NCBI GenBank assembly: GCA_905178155.1
Contig: CAJINV010000017.1
Span: 736,722-800,721 of the forward strand
Reading direction: 5' to 3'
Length of the DNA: 64,000 nt
Origin: Amoebophrya sp. A120
Taxonomy: Eukaryota > Protista > Dinoflagellata
Below the pieces are notes generated by a model that was not told the DNA's origin, searched no databases, and saw only the letters and a list, made by a program, of their open reading frames with translations. How positions within the stretch are numbered: position 1 is the stretch's first letter; every line of letters starts with the position of its first letter. This document shows, piece by piece, positions 49,073 through 62,500 of this stretch. The position numbers were made by a program, and so were the translations under genes.

Positions 49073-50137
49073 ATGGCAGTAACTACAACCGCCGCTCAAC
49101 ATCCATTTTTCAGGCGTTTTACACAGCTACTAGTAGTTCTTACGTTCCAACATACTCTTTGCAGCTACGCAACAACCGCCGACGATGTGCCAGTGCAGGT
49201 GCAGCTCAGCAGCGAGCTTTCGCAATTGAACGAAAACGACAAGTACTGCGCTCCTTCGTGTGGCCAGTACAACCTGCTGCGTATTCTGGAGGAGGAAACG
49301 GGGCAAGGAGTAGCTTGGTACTACGATAATTCGGGTGCAGAAGCGGTAGATGATGACAAATCTTCGTCCCGACGAGGAAGATCTTCTACAACTTGGGACC
49401 CGACGTCTCCCAGCGCCTGGGAAGACTGCGAGAAGACGGAAGCGAATTACAGAGACAAACTTGCGGCAGGAGATGATAAAGAAGAACAACAGGAATCAAA
49501 AGCGCATCATGACTCGTGTGCCTTCGAAACGACACAGAAATTGTTCGACCAGTGTTGGAGTGCGGGCTGCGATCCCGTGCTGCGTTCCGCGCGGCTGCAG
49601 CACGGGAAGATGAAGGACAATGAGGACCAGGAAGAAGAAAAGAAGTACATGCTACACCAGAGCAGAACCAGATACCATAGCAGCTCGGAAGTCTATCCTT
49701 GGACTAACTGGTCACAGCTGGCGCCAGGGGGCTGGGCGGATCTGCCAAAGTGGAACGAAACGATCGTGCCGGAGTTGCAGCAAATGGTTTTTAAAAATAC
49801 GCAGAATGACAACATGCTATGTTGTCATTCTCCGACGACGAGATCTACAGAAGTCGAATCCGACGACGATTCTACAGCTCGGGGAAGTAGAACAAGGGGA
49901 GGCGAAACAAAACGGCGCGGTGGAGACGATGAGCCCGGCGTCTTTGTTACATCGTGAAGATGTATTTCTTGCCTCTACTACCGTGCCGGTTCCTGAGGCT
50001 GCGGGCGGGGGCATCAAGGAAATGGAGCATGAGGCGATGCTCATGGTGTAGCACCGAGGTGTATTCGTTCAAAGGGATGAAAGGAATGCTACACCAGCAA
50101 TACATGGCAAACCCGACGTATATTAAGGTTGTACTAA
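49073..50137 (+). CDS. Secreted Cys-rich protein; candidate selenoprotein with four in-frame TGA
   Basis: Signal-peptide-like LLVVLTFQHTLC and a Cys-rich body. The conventional ORF ends at 49957, but the same frame continues, still Cys-rich, through TGA at 49955, 49994, 50030 and 50078 to TAA at 50135-50137. Confidence 0.6.
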
Positions 50138-50282
50138 TATTCCCCTTCCCCACCAGCAAACCCTAGGTTGTACTAATATCTCCACCAGCTGCTCCTGCTC
50201 CTGCACCACGAGCACAACCCTGCAGCCTGCGTATTTTTGAGTCAAATTCAAATTGTTTTATGTTCAAGTTCATCATGATTCG

Positions 50283-50332
50283 CTCCTGCGTGAGGTTGGT
50301 TCCGCTTGAATTGTGGCACTTCTCTGAAGGAG
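50283..50332 (+). promoter_or_regulatory. Weak SECIS-like hairpin candidate
   Basis: ctcc-tgc-GTGAg, ~11-nt imperfect stem, ttgaatt loop, stem, tGAa-ggag. The geometry fits a SECIS core but the pairing is imperfect and the apical AA is atypical. Confidence 0.25.
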
Positions 50333-50960
50333 GCTCTACTCCTATTGTTCTGCATGTGCATCAGAATCTTTTCGTAGGTGAATGATCGTCGTCGTCCAGG
50401 TCCTCTGCCGTCTCTTCGTCCTCGTAAACATCTTCGTTCAACAATCGTGTTGCGTTTGGTAGCATTTTTCGTGCGTTGAAGGCAAAGGCCAAGGAGTCAC
50501 AGTTATGGTACAGGTCGTTCTCATTCTGAGGAATTGCATTCATCGTATTCAATCCTCGGGCGAACTACAGTTCTTCAAAATCTACTTTCATGAAACAGAC
50601 GAACCTCAGCTTTCTTGGTGTGCCTCAACTAGGAATGTGACCTGCCTCGGTCCTTCCCCCTCCTGTATTCTACAAGAAGTAGTGCCTATTTCTACTCATA
50701 GTACTGGCACGCAGTTGGACACACATAACCACAATGTTGCAAAAGGAGCGAAGTTTTATTCATTGGACCCGATGGAGAAATTATGAAAATACAAGTAGGA
50801 AATCATTGTGCGTACACCTAAACTCCAAGTCCAACAATAATTATCTCGCTCTCATTTCCAGAAGGCGTCTTCCTTCATCGATGCCAGGGTGCTAAAAGCT
50901 TGCACGAACAACCTTGCCTGACCACGTCGTCCGTCCAGAACAAGACGCAGGATCAGCAGT

Positions 50961-53900
50961 ATGTATTTCACCGCTGCGCACGCGAGCGGCAAGATGGCAA
51001 CTACTCCATCTTCTCCACCGAGCGGCCGTAATGCTAAGAGTCAACAACCGAAACCCAAGCAGGCCTTCGGTGCCTCCGTGCTTCCGCTCGAGCGCGGGTA
51101 TCCGGTCAAGACTCCCACGGACGACTCTATCATCTCCAGCGGGCATCCGAGAAACAAGAAACCGGTTGCAGCAGCGGCAGTCCCAAAGAAAGCGCGGAGG
51201 TCGGTGGCACAGATCATGCAGCAAGGGCACAGAGCTGGAGGCGTACTTCGTGGTCGACCACCTCTGGGGCGCCGGGTAATCGCTACTGAAGAAGAAGACG
51301 ACGAGGACGGCATGTACGGTGGCGTCTTCTACAACGGTGCTCCCTACTACGAGGAGCAACAGAAACGAAGATCGAGGTCATCCTCTGCTCCCCGTGCCGC
51401 ACCATCCACGACGGCTTCCCCAGCGGACGAAGACTATCGACTGTTGCACCAACAGCGGGGCATTTTGCGCCAAGCGGCCCAGTCCGCCTCGCGGCCCTCG
51501 GCTGCGTTGCGTGCAGCAAGCGTCGGAGCAGCGGCGGATCTCAGGTTTTCAGCCGGCGCGCCAGCTATTGGAGCAACAACTTCTAAGCCGGTACTTATCC
51601 CCGGCGGACCGGTTTTGGCGACACAAAGAGCTGCAGCTGGTGCGCAGAAAAACAGTATTAGTACATCTCGCGGTAGGGGTAGCGCAGACGGAGAGGACGA
51701 GGCGAAGAGGAGCACGTCTTCAAAGGCATCCGCAAATAAGACCCGGTCTTTGTCGAGTGACGCAGCACGACGAAACAATACTTCTCGTTCTCGGCCCACG
51801 AGTGTGACTCCGCCGGAGCCGAATGCCAGGGTTCCCACGCGTTTCTACCGTTTTGGATTGGAGCATGACGGGGCAGATGTTGGACAACATCAATTGAAAT
51901 CACGGATCATGGGGACCAAAAGCGCGGACCCGCCAGCCGGTAAAACTGCGAAGCAAAACCGCGTTTCTTTCCTCTATGCGCCGATCCACGCCTCAAAACC
52001 CGCCCAGAAGCGCAAGACCACGACACCGGGGATGAATAATACGACCAACGATAAAAGACAAAGAGCAGCTCCCGGCGCTACATTAGCATCTTCGAGAACG
52101 ACTTCCGCCCTGGGCCGCTTGGCGTCCCTGTTCGACGGCTCGTTTGGGAGGGGCGTCGGGAATGTGATGGCGAAGCAGGAGCAACAAGATAGCGGTGCCA
52201 GTAGTTCCTCAGCTTTTGCTGCTGCTGATGACATCAAGTCAGAATCATCCACCGAAGAGGAAGTTGTGGCCGTTCGCGGACCTTCGGGACAGGTGTACAA
52301 CATGAGAGTCACGGACATTGAAGACTTGAAAATCAACCACAGAAAGAACAAAACCTCAAGAACAGTTTCGGCGCCCGCGAAAAAACTTTCCTCCTGGCAC
52401 TTGCCATCCAACATGGAGATCGGCGGCGCGTGGTCGGAAACCAGTGGGAGTGAACAAGAAGTTCTTGCTACGGAGGATGAGCAAGAGGCTGGTGGCCGAA
52501 CAGTCCGAAATAAGAACGCTTCGCAGCAGCCAGCGAAAATCCAAGTGCAGAAGAACGAACTAATTCTCACAGACGATGCTTCAGACGATGAAGACCATGG
52601 CGACGCGGTGAGTCAGACAGACGCAGCTGTATCGGGGGGAACTACAATCGGTCAGTACCTACGCGGGCCGTGCGGGAAGCGACAGAACAAGCAGAACCAG
52701 AATGATGGTCTGCAAAAAATAAAGAGAACCGCTTTTGTCGCAGCACGGCACCAGACCAACCAGAAGTACCATCTGCGCGGGGCTGGTGGTGGTCTACACA
52801 CAGCGCACGATTTGAAGCAAAAACAAGTCCTCCACCGGGACCACAAAGGAGCTGCAGCACACCATCAACATCTCCGTGGTCCTGTGAAGAAAACCGCCCG
52901 ATTTTTGCCCCCGATTGGTGCCCGCTACCGAACCCCGGAGAGTAGTCCGAAGAGGGACCGCAGTGCAGGACGCGGCGGGATTATTTCATCCCCTGGAGCT
53001 TCTCCGACGCGGCGAAGCGTTGCGCTGCAGCAGAAGAAGATGAAGAGGCTGGTTGTACCCGCAGGGGCGTACCGGACCAGCAAGTCGCAGTCGCAGGAAC
53101 GGCGCCGTAGCCGTTCGTCGTCCCGGGACAGCAGCGCGTTCTTCGTGGATTACGCGGTGCCGCCCGGGGTTTTTGTCCAGGATGAAGCTCGTGTGCAGCA
53201 ACTAGAGCTGTCCTCAGATGGGTCTCGAATGCGAGCAGTAGAACAACCTTCTGGGGTCGTCGTCCGCCCGGTGAAGAAGCGAAGGGCGTCGCCAGGTGGT
53301 ACAACTAGAAGCGCTTCGACGGGTCGTGATCGCAAGCAACTACAGGAGTCCTCCGGACCTATTAACACAGCTTACCCGGCGGTGCACAATAAACTCGAGA
53401 AACAGAAAAAGAAGGCACGGAAGACGAGGCAGAGTTCGACGATGAAAGAAGACCAGCAACAGTTTTTGGACCGGGAATCGCTTCTGCGGTATGTGGAAGA
53501 GGAAAATAGCCAACTACGGGATTTCCACAATCTGTTGAATGACTACGAGTTGTACAATGATAATCTTGCTGTACAACTAGCTAACTCGCTGGACGAAGAT
53601 GAAAAAACTTCGTCGAACACTGTACCTGACAGCGCGACCACCCGACCAGGAGCTGCTGCCACGGTTATAAGGAACAACAAGTACGAGTACCAGAAGATCC
53701 TGGAAGAAGATGAACAAGTTAGAGCTCCTGCAGGTTCAGTCGGAGAAGTTGCTTTGTCGAATTTAGAGCCGTTGGCCCAGGAGGCGAGCGAACTGCAGAT
53801 GTACCGGGAGAAGACGGCCGCAATCCGGAAACGCTTAGCGGACCGGGACGCGCGACTCAGGAGCTCCATGGAGGCCGGGGGTGACGGTAGAAACGACAAG

Positions 53901-56900
53901 AAGGGCATAGTAGACGAGAAAATATCAGAACCCCCCGTCGAGATCGAGATGCGGGACTTGTCGCCGAAAGGCGGCCTGCACGCGTTTCGGGACACGCGGA
54001 TCAGTCAGGAGTCGTTCCACTTGTTGCAGTCCGGTGGGGAAAGAGAGCCCTCGCCGGAAGTAGGACAGGAGATGATGTCATACAACACAAACGAGAATGA
54101 TAACGACTTCGAGGTAGATGGTGAAAACGACGACCAGCAAAGGTTCACAAAAGTATTAACCGATGCGCATGACAATTACGCGCGAAGTAGACTAAATGGT
54201 GCTTCCATGAAGACAGCTGCGAGTCGACCAGGCGGCTTGTCCACAGGAGGTTCAATCACGAGCAAGCCCGGGACGAGAGGAGGTAGCAGTGTCACGTCGC
54301 AAGGAACATCGTCACCATCGAAAGTAGCCGCCCAAGGGCAGCAGCAGGAGCCTGTTACTGCAGTCCGCTCCGGCTTCGTGGAAACCCCGGACGCGGGATT
54401 GGCGCCACCCTTCGCGAAAACCTTGGATCCGCTGAGCCTCACCGGGTTCCTTCTGAATACCCTGTGCTCCCGCTTCACCCTGCAGCGGTTGCTGAACTTG
54501 ATCTCGCTCGGCGCCTGTCTCTGTGTGCTGGTCTCGAGCTACCCAGAGCTGCTCGCGACGCCGAAATTGAACGTTATCCGCTTCATGGAAGAGGGAAGAA
54601 GCACCGCTGCATCAACTACTTCTTCTTTCGCCGAGCGGGTTTTGGGCTTTCAGAAGCAAATTTTGGACCAGGAGAAAATTTTCCTGCCGGAAAATGGGAG
54701 CTACTTTGTGGAAAATTTGAGCAATTTCCGAGACGCTTTGCGCTGGCTGGTGACGCCCAGCTTTGGCTCATCTTCAGCAAAAGACCTCGAGTTCGAGGAA
54801 AGAAACAAACAGAGAAATATACTCGCGTCAAATGAGAAAGCAACGGGGATGCCGGCGCCGGGGGATGGGAGAGTGGTCCACTGGTTGCACACACCGGCTT
54901 CAAAGCACGAGCTAGACCAGCAGAAGGAATTCTTGCAGCCGTGGTCCTCTTCGACTTCTGCATCTGCCAAACCGACCTCCCACCCCGCAGAGCCCATCGC
55001 CCCCAGCCCGGTGGAGTCGAGGGGAAGTAGAAATATATCAGAGCAGGAGGAACTACAACTACATCAAATGGTGGGTAGTTCGAAGAACGTTGTTGAGGCT
55101 GGTAATCGTATTTCGGTGGAAACAAGCGAAAGTGGCCGTGGCGAAGAAGTAGAAGCGACGTCGACCACTTCAGGACCGAATTTGAGCACTGGTGTTTCGC
55201 AGGCGGCAACGTCTACGGTGGCAGTTCTTGATAAGGAGAACAAGGTCGAAGAGCACTTGAACACGCCAGATAGCATCAATTTCTACCCCGAGCCCTGGTT
55301 GGAGAAGGCGGGCAAGCAGGTCTTCGCGTGGCTGCTCGGGACGGATTACTTTCCACGACTGGTAGAAGATGAACTACATCATCAAAGCAGTTCTAGTACA
55401 ACAAGTCGACGAAATTCTAGCAGTAGTGAGGAATATTCCACAAGTTCCACCGCGCCCGGCGCTGCAGCAGGATCATCGGGACGGCCAGGAAGAACAACAT
55501 CAAGAAACACCGCAAGTACACGATCGACAGGAAGTAGCGTGCCTTGGATGGAGTACATTTCGAAACTATCCTCCACTTCTCCCTACAGTTCGAGGAACCC
55601 CGATGACACCTGGGGAAACGGATTTTGGAGGTATGTGAAAGAACACAGCGGGGGACAAGGATCACCAACATCTACAACTTCCGGCGAGAAGAATGTTAAG
55701 AATTCATCATCTTCATCAGCCGCCGGAAGGAGAGAAACAAAGTCAAATTCTACTCCAGCAAAGCCCACCGCGGCGGCAAGTGCGATTCTGCATGTTGACG
55801 GGGATCTTCACGCGGCCCACGTCGAGGAAGATATTGCGCAGCAAGCTGCTAGTGCCGAATCTTTATCCGGGACATCATCATCTTCACCATCGAGTAGAGT
55901 GGTAGAAACAAGAACTCGGGAAGATCAAGAGCAGGATCAACATCTGAGCCCTTCCGTCGAGGAAGCCGCTAGAAGTGGTACGACAACCATGACCACCAGC
56001 ACCGAACAGGGAATAGCAGAGGAGACGCCTTCAAGCGCTGTCAAGAAGATAAAGATTGAAGACAAGGAGGGTGCTTATTCTACCGGCAGGGGGCCGCTTT
56101 TACTGATCTTTTGGGCGTTTGTCACGGCGTCGTTGTTACGCGGCCTGCGGGAGGTCGCTGGGGTGGGGGAACGCCAAGCGCGCGGGACCGAGGAAGAAGT
56201 GGAGGACCCTGGTAAGCTGATCATGCTGGGATAGCTGCGTCGTGTTCACTTTTTGAAAAGTTTCATATCAATCCTGTATCATGCGATCCTTAGCCTTATG
56301 TCGTAAGTAGGTATGTTGCTTCTCATCTGTTCTTACTAGCTGAGATTGGTGATCATACTCATACATAATGATGAGTTGCAAATTGAAGTGCCGTGTAATA
56401 TCTCCCTACAGGCCTGCAAAACCAGCAGCAACGGGACAATCGTGACAATGAGGAAGTAGAAGACTCTAACTCTTCCGATGAGCCGCCAGAAGAGGAAGAC
56501 TCAGTCTCAGACGAAGACGACGCAAACGCCGAGAATTACAGCACCACGAAAATGACAACGTCATCACGAGTGAACAAAGGTCCGCGAGAATCAGCGGCTG
56601 AGCAGGCTGGACCGGCAGGTGTTGACCAAGAAAAAGAATCTTCAGTCGACACCGTCCCTGACCGCGTGAGCGGTGACGAGATCTCCTCAAATGAGCCTAG
56701 ACCATCAGCAAACCTACCGAGTGCAACAAGTTCTGGTGCTGGCCGTTTATCCAGAGGCGCCGAAGGCGTTACGGGCGGTCGTAGTGTCTCAAAAACGCAA
56801 TCGAGTACGACTTCCCCACCGGCGGTGCAGGCGGAGGAGCTGAGTATCTTGGTCCAGGATGCGCCGAACATGAATGGCCGAAGGTGCAACTGGAACTGCT

Positions 56901-56908
56901 CCGCTTGA
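50961..56908 (+). CDS. Large low-complexity hypothetical membrane protein; 2 exons
   Basis: 1757-codon ORF with two hydrophobic segments (LLNLISLGACLCVLV; LLLIFWAFVTASLL). GT-AG intron 56212-56411 joins in frame to the exon ending at 56908. Confidence 0.75.
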
Positions 56909-57835
56909 ATCTGAAACGTAAAACCAAAAACTTCAAACTCAATTATACCTATGTAAAATTGCGCGCGGTTTCAAACATGTTCTTCTCTCGTAATAGATCT
57001 CGATCTTTTTTTTTTTTTTCACGAGTCATGCTGTACTATCCCTTGATAAATTACTAGTGCTACCCAACCCAAAAACGGAGATGGCGGAAAGCAATTATGT
57101 TTCTGTTGCTTTCAAATAAATCCGTGGCCAGGGAACTGTACAGTTCCGCTATATTAATACTAGCCAGGTATTGATATTGTAAGATGAACGACGAAATAGA
57201 AATAAGGTCGTCCCACTCCCCCCAACACAAGAATTCCACACAACCCCGCGCGACAAGAAGGAAATGTCACGCCCCACCCACCTGATACCTACATCAACCA
57301 GGCTTCTACAACTAAATATCTGTTCTTGTTCAAGATGCAGCAGTTGCCACGGTGCGGTGTGGTGTTCGAGTTGTTAAATCTTCGCGTAGTTGCTGGTCGT
57401 TTCTGTATCTGTTCGTCTGTGAAGACCAAGGACGGATGGCGATTTGTCGTGTTTACTTCAGGGCTGATGATGATGTCAATGTGCAAGATGACCAGGACGA
57501 GACGGTGAAGGAGCTAGTCGGTTCTCTTCCTCTCCATGGTCTTTCGAGGAACTTCAGAAATGTGTCAGTAGAAAGAAACGTCGCGGCATGAGCCGATGTC
57601 AGGGGAAAATAGATCGAGAAAAAGGTCAAGGATGGAAGATGGTCGCAGACGGAGTATTAAAGTGATGCGAACGGAAAAGTTTGGGCTCCTCCCTGCGACA
57701 GACATCTCTTATTTTTCTTTCTGGTCGAGATGTGAAAGTTCCACGCGTCTCGCGCTGCACTAAGCGTCGCGAACAAAATTTGAGTGTCACTTGACAATTT
57801 TATCTTAATCTTCAAGCCACCCAGCTGGAAAAGCG

Positions 57836-59497
57836 CACGCAACTCATGTCCAAATGAAATCATGCGCGGTCGTAGAGAGTGGTGGGTGTTTCATCTTGTA
57901 TATTACTTAGGCGATTTTTATTTTAGTGGTGGGTCTTTCATCTTGTGCGATTTTTATTTTGGTATGCGTGCCCGGGTAGCAAGGCAGCTGACAAAAAGCC
58001 CTCGGCGGGCCGGTTCCTCCGCGGGGCCGGACCTCCGGACGGAGCTCTGCGGCCCGGGTGGCTCTTTCTGGCCTGCTCCGGCTAACGAGCTGGGTGCGAG
58101 CAAGCTTTGGCGGTGGCAGCGTGCGTTGATCAGACTCGCGCCCCCGCCAACCCCTGCCCGTTGTCACAGGCGTAGCTGCGTCTTGGGGGTTCGCCTTCTT
58201 TTGGGGCCGCCCAGAGCGGTTTTTCCCGGGTCGCTCGACGCCTGTTCCCCAAGCCCCTCCCTGGCGTGCCCAGAAAGGAAAAACGCTCCGCGCCCGCGCC
58301 CCTTCCATGGCAGGCCCGAAAAATTTTTTGTTTTCGCGCGGCCCGTTTCTCGGGCTCGCGAAGTGCCGACTTTGCGATCAGAGCGGAGAAACAGCTGCTG
58401 TGCAGGTGTTTCTTCGGAGAAACACCTGCGCAGCAGCTGTTTCTCCGATCAGATCGCGAAATGTGGCGAGGAAAAACCCGCCGGACCCGATTGCCTCGCT
58501 TTCTCTGGAGAGGGTCCTCTGGCGGTGGCGCGCCGCAATATTTGCCAGGAGGCCGCGCAGTGACCAGCTGCGCAAAATGGCGGGCCTGCACTCACCGCGC
58601 AGTCTGCGCCTGGGGCTGGGGATCTTCGTCATGCGTGCCTGGCGGCCGTGCCTAGCGCCGACCAACGCTCAGCCAGCGCCGCAGAGCCCGCCCTCCATCG
58701 CCGGAAGGGGGCGGGACTACAGCCATTTTGCCGCCCCCCCTTTATCCCGCAGGCCTCTTGCCCGCGCGACGAGCAGTCCGCGCCATGAATCGGGCTGCCA
58801 CCGCAGCGGCTTGCCAGGCCGGCCGCATCCAGCCAGCGGCAGACCACACACAGGGGCGCAGCGCCCGCCTGCCTTTTTCTGTGCCTTGCGCCGGCTGCCC
58901 GCGCTCTCCACACACGGGCAGCATGCTCGAACGGGGCCGAGGGCGCCGGAGCTGTTGCGCTGGCCACGCGTGCAGCTTCGCAGCGGCGTGGGCGTTGCAG
59001 CAGCACCGCGCGGCGTAGGTGTAGTCGGCCCCTTGCCTGCGATGCGGCAATGGGCAGTCTCCATGGGTGTGCCTGTGGTGGTGGCTTCGCTGGTTCTGGT
59101 AGCTAGTTTTGAGATTGGGGGCGCAGCGTTTGGGGTTTGCGCCTAGCTTGCGTGGCCGTGTGCCCACCCCACCCAGGTGCGATTAGTTAGACGCAACAGC
59201 CAGCCCGCATTGCAAATTGCCTGGGCTTGTGGGGCCGGTCCGGCGGCGTCGGACTTACTCGCCCGGTGTGCGAAACCATTCGGCGCCATGTGTCGCCCCC
59301 ACGGATCTAGCTCGATGTCGGTGGCTGTGGCATCGTGATTGCGCGCGGCTCCCGGCACTATTGAACGAGCCCATTTTTCGATCATGATCGAACTCGCGAT
59401 GGTACCGCAACGGATGAGTGTCCATCCATACACGCAACTCATGTCCAAATGAAATCATGCGCGGTCGCAGAGAGTGGTGGGTGTTTCATCTTGTATA
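57836..59497. mobile_element. GC-rich ~1.5-kb insertion bounded by 67-bp direct repeats
   Basis: 57836-57902 and 59431-59497 match at 66/67 nt. The interior is much more GC-rich than the flanks and has no recognisable ORF. Confidence 0.6.
58371..58461. repeat. Long palindrome (30-bp arms with 1 mismatch, extendable to ~45 bp)
   Basis: cggagaaacagctgctgtgcaggtgtttct (58384-58413), loop tcgg, agaaacacctgcgcagcagctgtttctccg (58418-58447). Confidence 0.92.
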
Positions 59498-59576
59498 CTA
59501 GGCAACGCCGCGTCCTGTTTGCCCGCGATCATCTCTGTCCTAGCGCGAGAGACCACCGGGAACGAGCACGACGACC

Positions 59577-62500
59577 ATGTCTTCAGCCATAGTACACGAG
59601 CGCGCGAATTCACCCGACGCCATCTCGGCCAGTGGTGGCACCATTTACTTTTCTTCGTGCAAGAAAAAGACGCCTGCTGCACCTGCAGGCGCGGTCGTCG
59701 CGGACGAGAATGCTCTTGACGACGACAGGATGCACGACGTTGATGAAGCGGCCTCTCGTGGTTCGCAACAGAAGTCTTTTGCACGATCAGGGACGAAGCG
59801 CCGCAGGCTGGAAGGGGACTTCAATGAAGCGGCGGCCGAGGACAGAAAGAGAGAGGAAGACCAGGATTATTCACAAGCGCAAGCCGGACAGGGAGCCGGT
59901 AAGACGAACAATTGGTAGATACCAACTGACAAACATCAAGCTGCGTTCAATAGTAGACGTGCCTCTAGCTCCCTGGTTTATTTTTCACGTTGAGTATCAG
60001 TATGTTCTCTTTTCTCGTTGAATCTGATTTTGTTATTCTTCATCCCTAGTACGAGTACCCGTAAAAGGAAAAGTAGCTGCCTTTGAGGAGAGGTAAAAGA
60101 AGTAGACGAGCCAACTTTTCCGAAATTGCAAACAGGTCTCGACGTCAACACCTCGTCCAGAGAGATTCATCTCCAGAAAACGAGCATCGCTATCGAGCAG
60201 TCCTCAGCGGCGCAAAACGAACTTTGCGGGAGAAAAGTGTCTTCTCAGGGCGGGGGAGCTGGCGGAGCAACGGGGGATGAAGTTGTAGTATCAAGTGGTA
60301 TAATCGTGCTTGATAACAGCCACGGCGAGCCGCCCGACGACCCCGTGGACGATAAGGGGGATAGTAGTAAGAAGAAGCCGAGGAAGCTTCTGAAGCGGCA
60401 TCGGAAAGTTAACGGAGGCAGCACCTGGGACCTGCACGAAAGGGACGATTTGCTTGATCTCGATCATTTGCCATCTTCGCAAAAAGCCCTGCGATTGGAT
60501 CTGGAACACAAAAAAACAGGCACAGTGAACAGGATAAAAAGCGCGCAAAACAGAGTGAATAGATCTGCTCTTCGAGGAGATCAGAAAGTAACTCTATCCG
60601 ATGTCGACTTCATCGAGGAACAACATCACCAAGCGACCAGTGCGAAGAAGCAGAAGAAGCAGTTGCAGCGTTCGTCTTCTAGAAAAGTACGGCTGCAACA
60701 GGAGGAAAGCCAAGAAATACACCAGCCGCTGTCGTTATCAAAACACAAGCGTTTGCGCACCCATCCGTCTACCGTGTCGAGCGCAGCGGTGAGTCACAAA
60801 TCCCTGGCAGCACAACAACACCTGGACCGAGAAGACACGACGCCGATCCCCTTTCCCCTGCGCTTTAGCACCATCGTGTCTGCAGATACGGCGACAGAAG
60901 CTTTTCGCGAGGTGCTGCAACTTTTGATGAACCTCCAGGCCGGAAACGAGAAGGAAAACGGCTGGTATCCTTTTGTGAAGGAGGAACTTTTGAAGGAAGT
61001 GCTGAACATACGCGCGGACGGGTGCCGTGACGCTGAACAGCGAGAGGCTGATGTGATGAAAAATGTTGATATCACGACGCCCGCTAGTGGTACTTCTAGA
61101 CGAGGCGCTGCTGGTGGTCGAAGCAACGGAATTTTCTTATCCACGGAAAGAACCGAAATCACCCAGAAACACAACGTCCCCACCCGCTTGCATCAGCTCG
61201 TGAACAGACGAGAGAACAAGAAGTCGCACCTGAACGCGACCGGCGTCACCGTCCTGGCGCCGGAGCCTTCGCGCGATTCCGCCACGGTAGTTCGGGAAAG
61301 CGGGTTTCGTGTCGCGAGGCTGTTTCTGAACGACTGCGGGTTTACGGAGGATTTGTTCTTCAACGCGGGCCTTTTTCTCGACCCGGCCACCGAGCCCACC
61401 GCCGCGCTCGGGTCATCTACCTGGTCCGGCCGGGGGCAGGCGTGGGAAAAAATCTGGAACGGGGATCCGATCGTGCGCCGATTGCGGCGGGAGCTGTGCC
61501 GACCGGGACACGCGCGAAACTCGCTTACTTGCTACGACTACGACCATTTTCGCTGGGACGTGTTTGCGATCGAGATCCTGGAGAACGCAAAAAGTAAAAG
61601 GCCACTTTCTGATGGGTCCCTGAACAACGGAGTATGTACAACAGAGGAAGATCATTATGCAGCGTCTAGGGCTCGTCCTCTTCTCACGACATCCTCGTTG
61701 AGCGTAATTCCTTTTTCCTACGACAATAAGCCCAAAATCTTCCCGTCCGCGCAGGTTCCTGCCGACTGGCTCGCGGCTGCGCTGATTCTCTCCGGAAAAT
61801 TCCGCGCACGGATCCGAGACGTGATACAGAACCAAAACGAGAAAAACTTGCTGGAGGTAACCATGGACCGCTGTGCAAGCACGGTGATTAAGAACAAAGA
61901 ACCAAGCAAGCAGTGGCGGAAGGCGGTGTTAGTGGCGGACTTGACGCTCGCTTGTGCGACGGAAACCACGGTCGCACGCGAAGAGGAAAAGCAAAAGGAT
62001 AGTAACCATGAGGAGAAGAACAATAAAACCACAACACCGATGACTACTCAAAGAAGCCTGGACGCGCTCGACGCGGGACAGCTCGCTGCCAGTGCAGTCG
62101 GGCATTTTCTGGAGTTCGGAAATTTTGCCCCCGAGCGCCTCTCCAGCGTCGCAGCGATGCTGTTCGCCCCCTGGGTCCAGGTCGATCATGTCTTTGTTGG
62201 TACTGTTTTGCCCCTCGTATTCGGCCGGAGTGCGGTGGACGTGTTTGCGAGGGGCGTTGCGGAGGCGGGGAAGGCGGTTCTGGCGAAAGAGATGAATTCG
62301 GGAGGCTTATTCACGGACAAGAAGACTCTAGGAAGGCTTGATCAGGAAGAAGGACAAGGAGGAGTCAAGAAAGCAGAAGGGGATGACATGGCTGCATATG
62401 CAAAGATAGCGGCTGCCTCACCGCAGGTGGAACACCCAGCTACTGCCACCGCCCCGACCGCCCCCACCAGTGCCGATCTGGTGCAGGTGATTTTGGAAAA

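Noticed and set aside
49955-50080. Genome-wide stop-codon reassignment as the explanation for in-frame TGA
   Set aside because: Multi-kb ORFs here have no internal stops, Trp uses TGG, and conserved genes such as UTP11 and MSH6 end at TGA.
56995-57020. Short hairpin plus T-run resembling an intrinsic terminator
   Set aside because: Weak 5-bp stem in a eukaryotic spacer; more likely a simple poly-T tract.
58721-58730. agccattttg match to the dinoflagellate spliced leader
   Set aside because: Only 10 nt; lacks GCTCAAG and the SL-RNA context.
57784-59146. ORFs of 259 and 279 aa in the GC-rich insert as a transposase
   Set aside because: R/P/A-rich translations without DDE, HUH, RT or recombinase motifs; expected by chance at this GC content.
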